Shown piece by piece: positions 1 to 9,824 of a DNA stretch of 52,704 bases (the stretch's first letter is position 1; each line of letters starts with the position of its first letter). The notes below the pieces were generated by a model, which was not told the DNA's origin, did not search any database, and saw only the letters and a list, made by a program, of their open reading frames with translations. Origin of the DNA: Nanobdellota archaeon (GTDB taxonomy: Archaea > Aenigmatarchaeota > Aenigmatarchaeia > QMZP01); contig JBDRJQ010000035.1 in assembly GCA_043814765.1 (NCBI GenBank), forward strand, positions 1 to 52,704, in the 5' to 3' direction. Both the position numbers and the translations under genes were made by a program.

Positions 1-2052
1 GTCTTCTGGTATTTCCCGGTAGGGCAGGCATCCCCTGACGCTGTAATAGTCATTCTAACTGCCCCAGAAAGCAATCAAAACATAACTAACACCTCTGCGT
101 TTATTTTTAAGGCTACCACAAATATGAGTGCTCCTGACATGACATGGCAGTATTATTCAGATGGTGTTTGGTCTGATATTACAGTGAATGGAACAACTGG
201 TATTAACAACACATATTTTAACAAGTCTATAACACTTAATTCTGGTTTAATACCAGATGGTAACTACACGGTTAGAGCGGTTACAAACAATACAGGTATA
301 CCAAGCAACTCTTCTAATATAACATCTGTCACTTTTGACTTCAACCCTCCCGCAGTAACCATAGGCTCTCCTTATGCAGACCAGAATGTAACAACCAACA
401 CAACACCTGTATTCACTTTCAGTATGGTAGACCATGTTGTAAATGCCGTATACTCTTTATTTAATTGCCAGCTGTTCATGAATGACACGATGTACGCGGC
501 AAATACAGTTGTTGCTAATAGTACAAACACAAACATGCAGGTCAACACATCTCTACCAAGCGGCGGCTACGTTAATGAAATAAATTGTACTGATTATGCA
601 GGCCTTGAGGGAACATCAACAAGATACATAACCATTGACGTTAGTGACGTGCAAATGGTAATAAGCGTTCCTGCAGATAACTGGAAAACAAGCAACAGCA
701 CCGTAGCGTTTAGTTTCACTCCCACAGATGATACTGATGCAAGCTTTACGTGCAATCTTACGGTCGACGACGTCTATAAAAACACAACAAACGCGGTAAA
801 CAATGCCCTGACGACTTTTACCAAAGCCTTTAATGATGACACCTACTACTGGAACATAACCTGTTGGGATAACGTTTCCAACTCCAACACCACAACTACA
901 AGGATGCTTGTAGTGGACACAACAGCTCCAAGTGTTAGTTTATCTGTTTCATCGAGCAGTTTTCATCGAGGAAATAGTGTTCTGATATCTTGCAGTGCCT
1001 CGGACAGCGGAAGTGGCGTGTCAAACACAACCCTAACTATCACAAAACCTGGAGGTACAGCTGTATCTGGTACATGTGGTGAATATTTCACCGATACATC
1101 TGAAACAGGCACTTACAGCGTTTCTTACTCTGCTATAAATGCAGCAAGCAATGCTGCGGGCACGACAGCAAGTTTCACTGCAACATCTACTGGCGGCGGA
1201 GGTGGTGGAGGTAACGATGAAGAAAACTTACCATCAATGACAAAATCGTGGTCTAAAATAGAGCCAGGAGCAGCAGTTATTATGTCAATAACCAAAACAG
1301 ATTTTGGTTTTAGTGAAATACGCATAGCGGTTAAAAACAGAATTAGCAATGTTAATATGAAAATAGAGAAGCTTTCTGGAGAACCGGCTGATGTTACACA
1401 AACTATAACTGGTATAGCTTACCAATATTTCAAATTAACAACATCAAACATATTTGAGAATAATATAGAGAAAGCTACTATAAAGTTTAAGTTACTAAAG
1501 AGTTGGCTTGGTGATCATAATGTTAATCAAAATACTGTCATGCTGTATAGGTATAAAGACAATAACTGGAATGTATTAACAACATCTTACATAACTGATG
1601 ATGATGATTACTATTATTATGAAGCAGACACGCCTGGATTCTCTTACTTTGTAATAGCTGCTGATTTCTTAACAGAACCAGCTTGTACAGCAGCTGAGAA
1701 GAGATGTTATGAATACAATGTAGAAACATGCAATACAGAAGGAATTGGCTGGACAATATCAGATTATTGTACATATGAATGCGACAGCGAAACCTTCACC
1801 TGCACAACAGAACCATCTGTCTGCACACCTGATGAGATAACCTGCATGGGAGACGATGTCAAGAAGTGTAGCAGTAGAGGAAACGAATGGGCAACGCAAG
1901 AAAGATGTGAATTCGGCTGCGAGAACAGCGCTTGTAAGGAAGGCGTACCAATTGACTACACCATATACCTAATAATAGTTATTGCAATAATAGCTATAGC
2001 AGCAGTTCTGTTCTTTTTCAGAGGCAAGATAATCCCAAAGGGCGGCTTTTAG
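1..2052 (+). CDS. Surface protein with Ig-like repeats, poly-Gly linker, PGF-pre-PGF domain, Cys-rich repeats and C-terminal TM anchor; 5' end lies outside the window
   Basis: Frame is open from base 1 to the ATG at 124. N/T-rich beta repeats, GGGGGGG linker, TPGFSYFVI motif, two Cys-rich repeats, hydrophobic helix plus basic tail. Confidence 0.8.
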   Translation, partial: VFWYFPVGQASPDAVIVILTAPESNQNITNTSAFIFKATTNMSAPDMTWQYYSDGVWSDITVNGTTGINNTYFNKSITLNSGLIPDGNYTVRAVTNNTGIPSNSSNITSVTFDFNPPAVTIGSPYADQNVTTNTTPVFTFSMVDHVVNAVYSLFNCQLFMNDTMYAANTVVANSTNTNMQVNTSLPSGGYVNEINCTDYAGLEGTSTRYITIDVSDVQMVISVPADNWKTSNSTVAFSFTPTDDTDASFTCNLTVDDVYKNTTNAVNNALTTFTKAFNDDTYYWNITCWDNVSNSNTTTTRMLVVDTTAPSVSLSVSSSSFHRGNSVLISCSASDSGSGVSNTTLTITKPGGTAVSGTCGEYFTDTSETGTYSVSYSAINAASNAAGTTASFTATSTGGGGGGGNDEENLPSMTKSWSKIEPGAAVIMSITKTDFGFSEIRIAVKNRISNVNMKIEKLSGEPADVTQTITGIAYQYFKLTTSNIFENNIEKATIKFKLLKSWLGDHNVNQNTVMLYRYKDNNWNVLTTSYITDDDDYYYYEADTPGFSYFVIAADFLTEPACTAAEKRCYEYNVETCNTEGIGWTISDYCTYECDSETFTCTTEPSVCTPDEITCMGDDVKKCSSRGNEWATQERCEFGCENSACKEGVPIDYTIYLIIVIAIIAIAAVLFFFRGKIIPKGGF

Positions 2053-2088
2053 TTCTTTATTTTTAAATAGCTAAGCAAAATAAGAGTC

Positions 2089-3018
2089 ATGCTCGACATA
2101 AATCGATTGCTAGAGAAGATAAAGGAACATGGAGCCAAGAGAATCTATCTGCAGGTTCCTGAAGGGCTTAAGATGCAGGTCTATAGTAGGGTAGCCAAAC
2201 AGATTGAAATTATGGGTATAGAGGTGATGGTCTCTGTAGAGCCATGCTACGGTGCCTGTGACATAAGAGAACACGAGGCCAAGGCCCTCAATTGCGACCT
2301 GATCGTCCATATAGGCCATACCAATTTCGGTGTGAAAACTGACATTCCAGTCATATATGAAGAACTTAGAATAAAAACAAATCCAATTCCAGCCCTAGAA
2401 AAACACTGGAATGTTCTGGAAGGCAAATCAATTGGTCTGGCAACCACGTTGCAGTATGTAGATTCTTTGCCTAAGGCAAAAGAGTTTCTGGAGTCTCATG
2501 GAAAAACCATTCTCATTGGTGAAGGCCAAGGAACAGGATACCCAGGCCAGATTCTAGGATGCAATTTCTCCAGTCCGAAGTCAATAGAAAATGATGTTGA
2601 TATATTTTTGTTCATTGGAACCGGAATGTTCCATCCAGTAGAGTTTGCTATTCAAACTGATAAACCAGTTTTTTCCCTGAATCTTGAAAGCGGTGAAATA
2701 ACAAACATGAATGATGAAAAGGATAAAATGCAGAGAATCCGTTTTGCTAACATTGAAAAAGCAAAAGACTGTGAAAACTTCGGGCTGTTTGTTTCAACCA
2801 AGCCTGGCCAGATGTTCATTGAAAAAGCAATAAAAGCAAAAGAGTTTCTCAAAAACAAGAACGCATGGGTTCTGGTAGCCAATGAAATAACACCAGAAAA
2901 AATCCTCGGAATGAAAATAGACTGTCTTGTTAATTGCGCATGTCCTAGAATCCGTGATGATTTCAAGCAGTTCAAGATGCCGATAATAAATGCAGAAGAC
3001 ATGGACAGGATTGATTAA
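2089..3018 (+). CDS. dph2: Diphthamide biosynthesis radical-SAM enzyme Dph2
   Basis: LQVPEGLK, PCYGACD, HIGH, ILGCNF and CPRI motifs with three Fe-S Cys. Confidence 0.93.
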   Translation: MLDINRLLEKIKEHGAKRIYLQVPEGLKMQVYSRVAKQIEIMGIEVMVSVEPCYGACDIREHEAKALNCDLIVHIGHTNFGVKTDIPVIYEELRIKTNPIPALEKHWNVLEGKSIGLATTLQYVDSLPKAKEFLESHGKTILIGEGQGTGYPGQILGCNFSSPKSIENDVDIFLFIGTGMFHPVEFAIQTDKPVFSLNLESGEITNMNDEKDKMQRIRFANIEKAKDCENFGLFVSTKPGQMFIEKAIKAKEFLKNKNAWVLVANEITPEKILGMKIDCLVNCACPRIRDDFKQFKMPIINAEDMDRID

Positions 3019-3179
3019 TATCTTTTTATACCCCAAAAGTAACACTTATGCAACAATCACTATCATGCTACCCTATACATTCACTAATCCCGTAACGCAA
3101 GACATTGCCTTACGAAGGAAAGAGAATTAAAGTGTTTGTGCAGGGTAAATACTAATTCTCGAAAAGAGAGGAAAAGACA

Positions 3180-3779
3180 ATGTCTGAAACAGACACAGAA
3201 TCTCTTAAAAATGATTGGTTAAAAAAACAGCCAAAAACCGAGATGGACTATTGGAGCTTGATAGAAGAACTCGGTGGCCATATCTTTTGGAGCAGACATG
3301 ATATACACCGCGTTCCTGAGGAGAAACGCGATAAAGTATGGGATTTTATTGAAGGCGCTCAAAGGTTTCAAGAATATCTAGTCAATGAAATCGTTGAAAA
3401 ATTTGGAGTCATTCTTCCAAAGGATTCTCCCAATCGCTATGATAAAAACGTCCCGCCTGCCCCGGAAGGAAAGATTTACTATTGGGATTGGTACTCAAAA
3501 ATGAAAAGGGAGTTCTACTCAAAGGAGTATGAAGCAATCATTTGTTCTGCGTGCCCCCTAAGTGATGGGCTTGATAGAGTGATAGTTTCAGGTGATATTC
3601 CATGCAGCGTGTGGCGCGGGGCACTATTCAAACTTACTGTGCCGTATGAATGCGCAATGGTTACTACTGGTACATGGACAGAAAAAAAACTTTTCCAAAA
3701 AATCTTCAAAAAATGCGGAAAGAGCGCTATTACCAGATTTCTGGAGAAGCGCAATTCATTGCGTGCTTCTGTGAACTAA
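3180..3779 (+). CDS. Hypothetical protein with a C-terminal Cys cluster
   Basis: 199-aa ORF, purine-rich leader (GAGAGG), CSACP...IPC...EC; no family recognised. Confidence 0.6.
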   Translation: MSETDTESLKNDWLKKQPKTEMDYWSLIEELGGHIFWSRHDIHRVPEEKRDKVWDFIEGAQRFQEYLVNEIVEKFGVILPKDSPNRYDKNVPPAPEGKIYYWDWYSKMKREFYSKEYEAIICSACPLSDGLDRVIVSGDIPCSVWRGALFKLTVPYECAMVTTGTWTEKKLFQKIFKKCGKSAITRFLEKRNSLRASVN

Positions 3780-3850
3780 AGCACATCATCAGATGCCGAT
3801 TGACTAATCACAATTTCTGATTCAAATTCACCATAAAGGAGTGAGACACA

Positions 3851-4045
3851 ATGGCCGCAAGATGTCCAGTTTGTTTTAGGTTGGTCAAGAAGTTTCCATG
3901 TAAGTGTGGTTGTGAAACCAGCAAAACTTGTCCACACTGTAACCGACCAATGAAAAAATTTCCTTGCAGTAATTGTGGTGCTAAGTCCAAAAAAGACGCC
4001 GAACACTTAACAGCATGCTGGCTTGCCGTTGAAGGTGATGGTTGA
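3851..4045 (+). CDS. Small Cys-rich, internally duplicated zinc-finger-like protein
   Basis: GGAGTGAG SD-like site upstream; CPVCFRLVKKFPCKCG and CPHCNRPMKKFPCSNCG repeats. Confidence 0.7.
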   Translation: MAARCPVCFRLVKKFPCKCGCETSKTCPHCNRPMKKFPCSNCGAKSKKDAEHLTACWLAVEGDG

Positions 4046-4084
4046 TAATTATATACACAACCTAAACAGTTGCGTCAGAGAATA

Positions 4085-4109
4085 AAAAAACCACCAAGTG
4101 TGGTTTTTT
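4085..4109. terminator. Bidirectional hairpin terminator-like element between convergent genes
   Basis: AAAAAACCAC-CAAGT-GTGGTTTTTT perfect inverted repeat with T-tracts on both strands. Confidence 0.55.
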
Positions 4110-4135
4110 GTTGTATCTGTCAACTAAAAGAGGTA

Positions 4136-5008
4136 TCATTGTTTAATCTCGTTCTTTACGAAATCAATTATTTTTTTTGCGACGTTTGTGTTGGTGGCCT
4201 TCTCAATGCCCTCAATGCCTGGATTTATGTTGACTTCTATTACCTGAACACCATCTTTTCCCTCTATCATGTCTACTGCGCAGATCTCTGACCTTATAGC
4301 CCTTGCGCATTTGAAGCATATGTCTTCCATTTCATCACTGAGCTTGAATGCTACTCCTTTGCCGCCAAGCTTTATGTTAGCCCTTCTTTCGCCTTCTGCT
4401 GCAATCCTCTTAAATGATGCTATGATTTCATCGCCTGCTACAATGCCTCTTATGTCCTCGCCTGGGTTTTCAATATATTTTTCAATAAGCACTTTCTGGT
4501 TCAGAGTCTTCATTGTGTCCAGCGCTGTCTGTGCTGCTTCCCTGGTGTCCATGACCATGACGCCACCGCCTCCGAACCCTGAAAGTAATTTCAATATAAC
4601 AGGAAGCTTCTGCTTGTCCAGTATCTTGTTGGCAGTCTCTTTCGAAGATGTCATGTAGGTTTCAGGCACATTTATCCCGTTCTTTACAAACTGTTCCAGT
4701 GTCAGGAACTTGTTGTGAGCTATGAGAATAGTCTCTGCAGGATACGGCTTCTTGACTTCCATATGGTCAAGAATCCTGACTACGGGATATCCTATCTCAG
4801 CCCTTTTGGAATCTATGCGCGTGAGTATGTAATCGAATTCTCCAAGGCTCTCCTTCTCATAAACAGCATCAAGTTTTTTGTCTATCCTCAACTCGACATC
4901 TACCAGAGGAATTTGCTTAACTTGCATCTCTTTTCTAGCCTCTTCAATAAGCCTTTTAGTTGTGTAAGCGCTAGCAGCTTCCCTGGGACCCAATAAAGCC
5001 ATTCTCAT
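4136..5008 (-). CDS. RimK/LysX family ATP-grasp ligase
   Basis: HNKFLT, VPET, KLLSGFGGGGV, EDIRGIV, RANIKLGG and EVNINPG motifs. Confidence 0.88.
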   Translation of the reverse strand: MRMALLGPREAASAYTTKRLIEEARKEMQVKQIPLVDVELRIDKKLDAVYEKESLGEFDYILTRIDSKRAEIGYPVVRILDHMEVKKPYPAETILIAHNKFLTLEQFVKNGINVPETYMTSSKETANKILDKQKLPVILKLLSGFGGGGVMVMDTREAAQTALDTMKTLNQKVLIEKYIENPGEDIRGIVAGDEIIASFKRIAAEGERRANIKLGGKGVAFKLSDEMEDICFKCARAIRSEICAVDMIEGKDGVQVIEVNINPGIEGIEKATNTNVAKKIIDFVKNEIKQ

Positions 5009-5044
5009 AACAAAACCTAGGATGTCAAATATTTAAAAGACGCG

Positions 5045-5422
5045 TTAAAAATCAGATTTTTTGTATTTTTCTTGTTTTATCATTTCAATATTGGAGTTTT
5101 CATTAATTATGTCCTCTTCTTTTGTTTTTAAGATAATCTTGACCTCTACAAGACCCAGTTCTATCTCTCGTGCAGTTTTCTTTTTTTGCATTATTCCTAA
5201 TTTTTGCTCTTCTAATAATCGCAAATTCATTTCTATTCTATCAAGCTTTTCAAGAAGCATCATCCTGACTTGTTTTTTCTTAGTCAGAGCCTCTTCTCTT
5301 GCCCTGTCCCAGTTTCTTCTCAGACGCCTAACTTTTCTACTCCATCCAGGTATTTTTAAAACAAGCCAGTCGAAGACCATAATTATAATTGCCTTTTCTT
5401 CTTTAAATTGTTCCGCCGCCAA
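5045..5422 (-). CDS. Hypothetical basic helical protein
   Basis: 125-aa ORF co-oriented with the RimK-like gene; start codon uncertain. Confidence 0.55.
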   Translation of the reverse strand: MAAEQFKEEKAIIIMVFDWLVLKIPGWSRKVRRLRRNWDRAREEALTKKKQVRMMLLEKLDRIEMNLRLLEEQKLGIMQKKKTAREIELGLVEVKIILKTKEEDIINENSNIEMIKQEKYKKSDF

Positions 5423-5431
5423 TAATAGTCT

Positions 5432-6685
5432 ATGTCGTTTGTGACTTTTACTGCTTTAGGTGGCTGTCAAGAGGTTGGAAAAAACGCCTTTCTTTTCGAG
5501 TCTGATAAAGGAAAGTACTTGATGGATTATGGCCTACAGGTGCAAGACTCTCTTATTCCAATGAAGCCACCAGACGGCTTGGACGGTGTTTTTCTTAGCC
5601 ATTCACATTTAGATCACTGCGGTGCAATCCCTGTTCTGTATAAACAGGGATACAAAGGCAAAGTTTATTTGACAGCGCCCACATTATCACTAACAGAAAT
5701 GCTGCTCAAAGATTCTATAAAAGTTCAGGAACGTCGCGGACAAATACCTCATTTTCTAATGCCGGATGCTAAAAGATTTATGAAAAATCATTACAGAGCC
5801 AACTACAAACAATCAATAAAACTAAATGGCGCCAGAGCAGAATTTCACGACGCCGGTCACATACCAGGATCATCTTTAACACTTCTCGAAACAGGTGGAA
5901 AGAGAATACTATATACTGGCGATATTAAGTTTGAGGATACTGTTCTAATGAGCGGAGCTGATACGAAAATAAAGAATGTTGATGTTTTAGTTTCAGAAAC
6001 TACTTATTGTTACAAAAATCATCCTAAAAGAAGCGAGCTTGCAGAAGAGTTAAAAGAAAAGATACAGGAAATACTTTACAACAACAGTATAGCTGTTCTT
6101 CCAAGTTTTGCGGTAGGACGAACGCAGGAATTGTTACTTTTAGTTTACAAACTTGGTTTCCCTGTTTATATGGATGGCATGGGCATAGAGGCTACCCAGA
6201 GAATATTACTGCACCCCAGGTCTATAAAAAATCCACAAGAGCTCAGAAAAGCATTTAGCAGAGCGCATAAAATAAAGCATTCTCGCCAAAGACAGAGTGC
6301 TATTAAAAACCCATCTATTGTGATTACAACAGCAGGAATGCTCCAGGGCGGACCGGTTAATTATTATATAGAAAATCTTTACAAAAGACCGGGATGCTCT
6401 CTAATATTGACAGGATATCAAGTTGAAGGCACGGTCGGACGAACATTAATGGATACAGGCAGATACATTAATGAGGGCATTGATGAAAAACTTAAAATGA
6501 AACTCGAGTTTATGGATTTTTCTGGACATGCTGGTAAAAATGAGCTTATAAAATTCTATGAAAAAATCAATCCAAAGAAGATAATACTGGTGCATGGTGA
6601 ACATAGTGATGAGTTTGTAAATCAGGTAAAAGGTAAGGGTTTTGATGTTATAGCACCAAAGAACGGGCAGAAGATAAAACTATAA
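5432..6685 (+). CDS. Beta-CASP metallo-beta-lactamase ribonuclease (stand-alone aCPSF-type)
   Basis: GGCQEVG, SHSHLDHCG, AGHIPG, TGD, ETTY, FAVGRTQE, SGHAG and VHGE motifs. Confidence 0.92.
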   Translation: MSFVTFTALGGCQEVGKNAFLFESDKGKYLMDYGLQVQDSLIPMKPPDGLDGVFLSHSHLDHCGAIPVLYKQGYKGKVYLTAPTLSLTEMLLKDSIKVQERRGQIPHFLMPDAKRFMKNHYRANYKQSIKLNGARAEFHDAGHIPGSSLTLLETGGKRILYTGDIKFEDTVLMSGADTKIKNVDVLVSETTYCYKNHPKRSELAEELKEKIQEILYNNSIAVLPSFAVGRTQELLLLVYKLGFPVYMDGMGIEATQRILLHPRSIKNPQELRKAFSRAHKIKHSRQRQSAIKNPSIVITTAGMLQGGPVNYYIENLYKRPGCSLILTGYQVEGTVGRTLMDTGRYINEGIDEKLKMKLEFMDFSGHAGKNELIKFYEKINPKKIILVHGEHSDEFVNQVKGKGFDVIAPKNGQKIKL

Positions 6686-7435
6686 TAACTTAGCCTCTTT
6701 CCATAATTGATCAAAGACTTGTTCGAATGTTTTGGAAAAAATTTCATCTTTTATCAAAAAACTTCTTGGTGTTTTTCCTGTTATGTATTGTATATACAGA
6801 TTGTCCTTTATTATTCCCCATTCCGCCTCGTTTTTAAGTTGCATAAAACGAATTTGTGTAATATTATTTTTTCTTTTTCTGGCAATTGTAGTATTCTTTT
6901 CATCAAATATCATCTGGCACTTAACTCCTTTCTCTTTCCTTAATTTATGATGATTTTCATATGAAGCCAAAAGCCTTTCAAAACTTCCCTTTCCAACTGT
7001 ATAGTATTTATTGACAGAATTTTTATCCATCAGATGATTTATCTCATGCCACATTGACTTGACACCATTAAGCCCTTCGAAATATTTATAATTAGAAAAT
7101 GGCATTTTCTGAACACCTTTTGTTTTCATGTTTATTATGAGCTTATTGAGTTCCCTTCTTTCCTCATCAAGGCTCTTTTGCTTTTCTAAAAAAATGTCAT
7201 TTAAAATTTCAGGCGTAGAAGGCAAGAATGTCTTTACATTATTTTGAATTTTGTAGTTGACAAGGCCTTTCTTGATAAGCGAGTCGAGAACATTGTATAT
7301 GTTAGAGCTTGCAATCTTGGTATTTTTGCACAGTTGTCCAGTCTGCGATTCCTGCAATTCCAACAATGATTTGTAGACTCTTGCTTCTTGTTTTGTCAGG
7401 CCTACCTTCACCAAAATCTCTTCCAGCTTATTCAT
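6680..7435 (-). CDS. TrmB family transcriptional regulator
   Basis: GLTKQEARVYKSLL...IYNVLDSLIKKGLV winged HTH followed by an effector domain. Confidence 0.88.
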   Translation of the reverse strand: MNKLEEILVKVGLTKQEARVYKSLLELQESQTGQLCKNTKIASSNIYNVLDSLIKKGLVNYKIQNNVKTFLPSTPEILNDIFLEKQKSLDEERRELNKLIINMKTKGVQKMPFSNYKYFEGLNGVKSMWHEINHLMDKNSVNKYYTVGKGSFERLLASYENHHKLRKEKGVKCQMIFDEKNTTIARKRKNNITQIRFMQLKNEAEWGIIKDNLYIQYITGKTPRSFLIKDEIFSKTFEQVFDQLWKEAKLL

Positions 7436-7510
7436 ACTACTATATTGTTATAGTAGTATGAATATTTAAATACAATAGATACCATTAAAAAGTAGTTAAA
7501 AAAATAAAAT

Positions 7511-8185
7511 GTGATAAAAATGCTTCGAATAAATACGGTTAATAAAATAACGTCCGCAGTTATAGCAAGTATAACAGCCCTAGGTTTAGCAACGTCAAAG
7601 CCCGCCTTCGCAAGTGATAATGAAAGCAAGATAGAATTAGGATATAATGCCCTTGAAACAGGAGTTTCAGAAGATTATGCTAGAAACAGGCTGTTTACAA
7701 ATGCAACCGTTGAAATAAACGGTTGGGAAGTAGGTTTTCAGGGCCTGAATGAAATCAATGATTTAGATTTTGACACATACTTCGGAAGAAACAGGCTGTA
7801 TTTGGGTCCCGAAGACTCAGAAAACTATTTGCTGATAGATACAATAGCCAACAGTGGTGGAATTATAGATACAAGATATGGCATAAGAAATATGAGCTTG
7901 ATGAGATATTTGGGTGGTTATGGCTATGTTGATATGGAAACCAATAAAGACCTTGTAGGAATTAATGCCTTTTATGGAAAACCTGTTAAAGAAGGCAGCC
8001 TGGAGATTCTACAATCAGTCAATTTCCCGTTCCAAGCAAGGCCAAACTATTATACTGAATTGCAATTTAACAGAGCAATTGATGGAAACCCAGACTACAA
8101 CGGCTTCTTCAGAATAGAAATGTCCAATTTCGATGTCAAAGATTCTACATACCTAATCGGACTTACATACAATTTGGGTAACTGA
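7511..8185 (+). CDS. Secreted beta-rich protein resembling a membrane beta-barrel
   Basis: Signal peptide ending AFA-SD; amphipathic beta strands; C-terminus YLIGLTYNLGN. Start is GTG 7511 or ATG 7520. Confidence 0.6.
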   Translation: MIKMLRINTVNKITSAVIASITALGLATSKPAFASDNESKIELGYNALETGVSEDYARNRLFTNATVEINGWEVGFQGLNEINDLDFDTYFGRNRLYLGPEDSENYLLIDTIANSGGIIDTRYGIRNMSLMRYLGGYGYVDMETNKDLVGINAFYGKPVKEGSLEILQSVNFPFQARPNYYTELQFNRAIDGNPDYNGFFRIEMSNFDVKDSTYLIGLTYNLGN

Positions 8186-8254
8186 TAATATGGCAAACCG
8201 ATTTAAATGATCAAAACAGCAACTTATTCATTACTTCTACTACAAAATAAAACA

Positions 8255-9271
8255 ATGATAGAAATAGACGGCTCCTATAAAGAAGGTGGCGGCCAGGTAC
8301 TCAGGACAGCGACTGCCATGTCTGTCATAACAAAAAAACCAATTCATGTTTTCAACATCAGGAAGAACCGCTCTCCGCCTGGCCTCAAGACGCAGCACCT
8401 TGAAGGCCTAAAGGCTGTGACAGATTTCTGCAGCGCGAAATTAGAAGGCGCTAAGATGGCTTCGACTGAAATAACATTCGAGCCCGGCGCCTCGTTCAAA
8501 AAAGAGCTGAATATAAAAATCCCGACAGCAGGCTCTATCGGCCTTTTGTTCCAAATACTAAAGCTGCCGCTCGCTTATGCAAGACATCCTGTCACAGTCA
8601 GTATAGAAGGCGGAGCAACATTCAACAAATGGGCGCCTCATATTCCCTACATACAAAATGTCCTTCTCCCAACAGTTGCAAAGATGGGATATAAAGCAGA
8701 CATAAGCATAGAAAGACACGGCTTCTATCCAAAAGGTGGGGCTAAGGTTAAGATAATTGTGCACCCCTGTAAATCATTCAAACCCCTTAAATTTGAAAAC
8801 AAAAAAACAAAAAATATTTTAGGTCTCTCTATCACAACAACACATCTGAAAAAAGCAAGAGTTGCTGAAAGGCAGAAGGAAAGCGTCCTTAAAATCTTAG
8901 GAACAAATTATGACGTAAAAATAAAGACGCAATACGTCGACGCTCTGTGCCCTGGCTCTGGTATTGTTTTGTGGGCAGAAACTTTTGGCGCATGCGGACT
9001 TGGTGAGAGAGGAAAACCAGCAGAGGCTGTTGGAAAAGAAGCAGCAGAAGAGTTTTTGAAAACACTAAGAGCAGAAGCTACAGTAGATGAACATTTATGC
9101 GACCAGCTTCTTCCATTCATGGCTCTGGCCGACGGTGAATCCATGATAACAACTCCAAAAATAACCGCACATACAGAAACCAATATATGGGTGATAAAAC
9201 AATTTTTGGATGTTTCTTTCGATATTGAAAAAACTAAAAAGAATTTTAAACTCACTTGCTCTGGTTCGTGA
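8255..9271 (+). CDS. rtcA: RNA 3'-terminal phosphate cyclase
   Basis: IEIDGSYKEGGGQVLRTA, RKNRSPPGL, GFYPKGG and VDEHLCDQL (catalytic His). Start re-assigned to ATG 8255. Confidence 0.95.
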   Translation: MIEIDGSYKEGGGQVLRTATAMSVITKKPIHVFNIRKNRSPPGLKTQHLEGLKAVTDFCSAKLEGAKMASTEITFEPGASFKKELNIKIPTAGSIGLLFQILKLPLAYARHPVTVSIEGGATFNKWAPHIPYIQNVLLPTVAKMGYKADISIERHGFYPKGGAKVKIIVHPCKSFKPLKFENKKTKNILGLSITTTHLKKARVAERQKESVLKILGTNYDVKIKTQYVDALCPGSGIVLWAETFGACGLGERGKPAEAVGKEAAEEFLKTLRAEATVDEHLCDQLLPFMALADGESMITTPKITAHTETNIWVIKQFLDVSFDIEKTKKNFKLTCSGS

Positions 9272-9824
9272 CGAATCTATTAACCACGTAAACCAAGGAG
9301 ACAAAAAAGACAGTAGTGAAGAGACTGAAATATGTCACAAAATCAACATAAGCTCTGGGAATAAACCCCACTATGCCTACAATGTAGTCCATAAAATCAT
9401 TCAACAAGAACCAGGAAAGTACCAACAAAAAACCTTTAAACTTTGTTTTGGAAAAAAACATGAGCAAAAAACCACCTAGAACCATCAAGGAGTGTGGTAG
9501 AGCAAACATAAAGATACTACCATTGTTTAATATTGTTACAAGAATTGTCCATAAACCATATTTAATCAAACCAACTGACACGATGTTGTTAAGCAGGCTA
9601 TTGGTTCTTCCTCCCATTCTCATTGCAACTATAACAGAAAACAAAATAACGTATAGCGGACAGTCTATAACGAAAATCCAAAAATATAATGGCGTTGAAA
9701 ATAATTGGCCTAAATAGAAATACAATCCTGCTAAGAAGCCCAATACACTTATAATTATTATCAGTATTGGTATCAGTTTTATAGAAAATGCTTTCTCTTT
9801 TAATTTGTTAATTTTCTTCAGCAT
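9252..9824 (-). CDS. DUF1405-like integral membrane protein
   Basis: Multi-TM; FVIDCP, LIKYGLWT, HSLMV and WFLLNDFMDY motifs. Confidence 0.75.
   Translation of the reverse strand: MLKKINKLKEKAFSIKLIPILIIIISVLGFLAGLYFYLGQLFSTPLYFWIFVIDCPLYVILFSVIVAMRMGGRTNSLLNNIVSVGLIKYGLWTILVTILNNGSIFMFALPHSLMVLGGFLLMFFSKTKFKGFLLVLSWFLLNDFMDYIVGIVGFIPRAYVDFVTYFSLFTTVFFVSLVYVVNRFVTNQSK

Noticed and set aside
3040-3090. Possible C/D sRNA on the minus strand
   Set aside because: Only partial boxes (GTGAATG, ATGA, GTGATTG) and no terminal D box.
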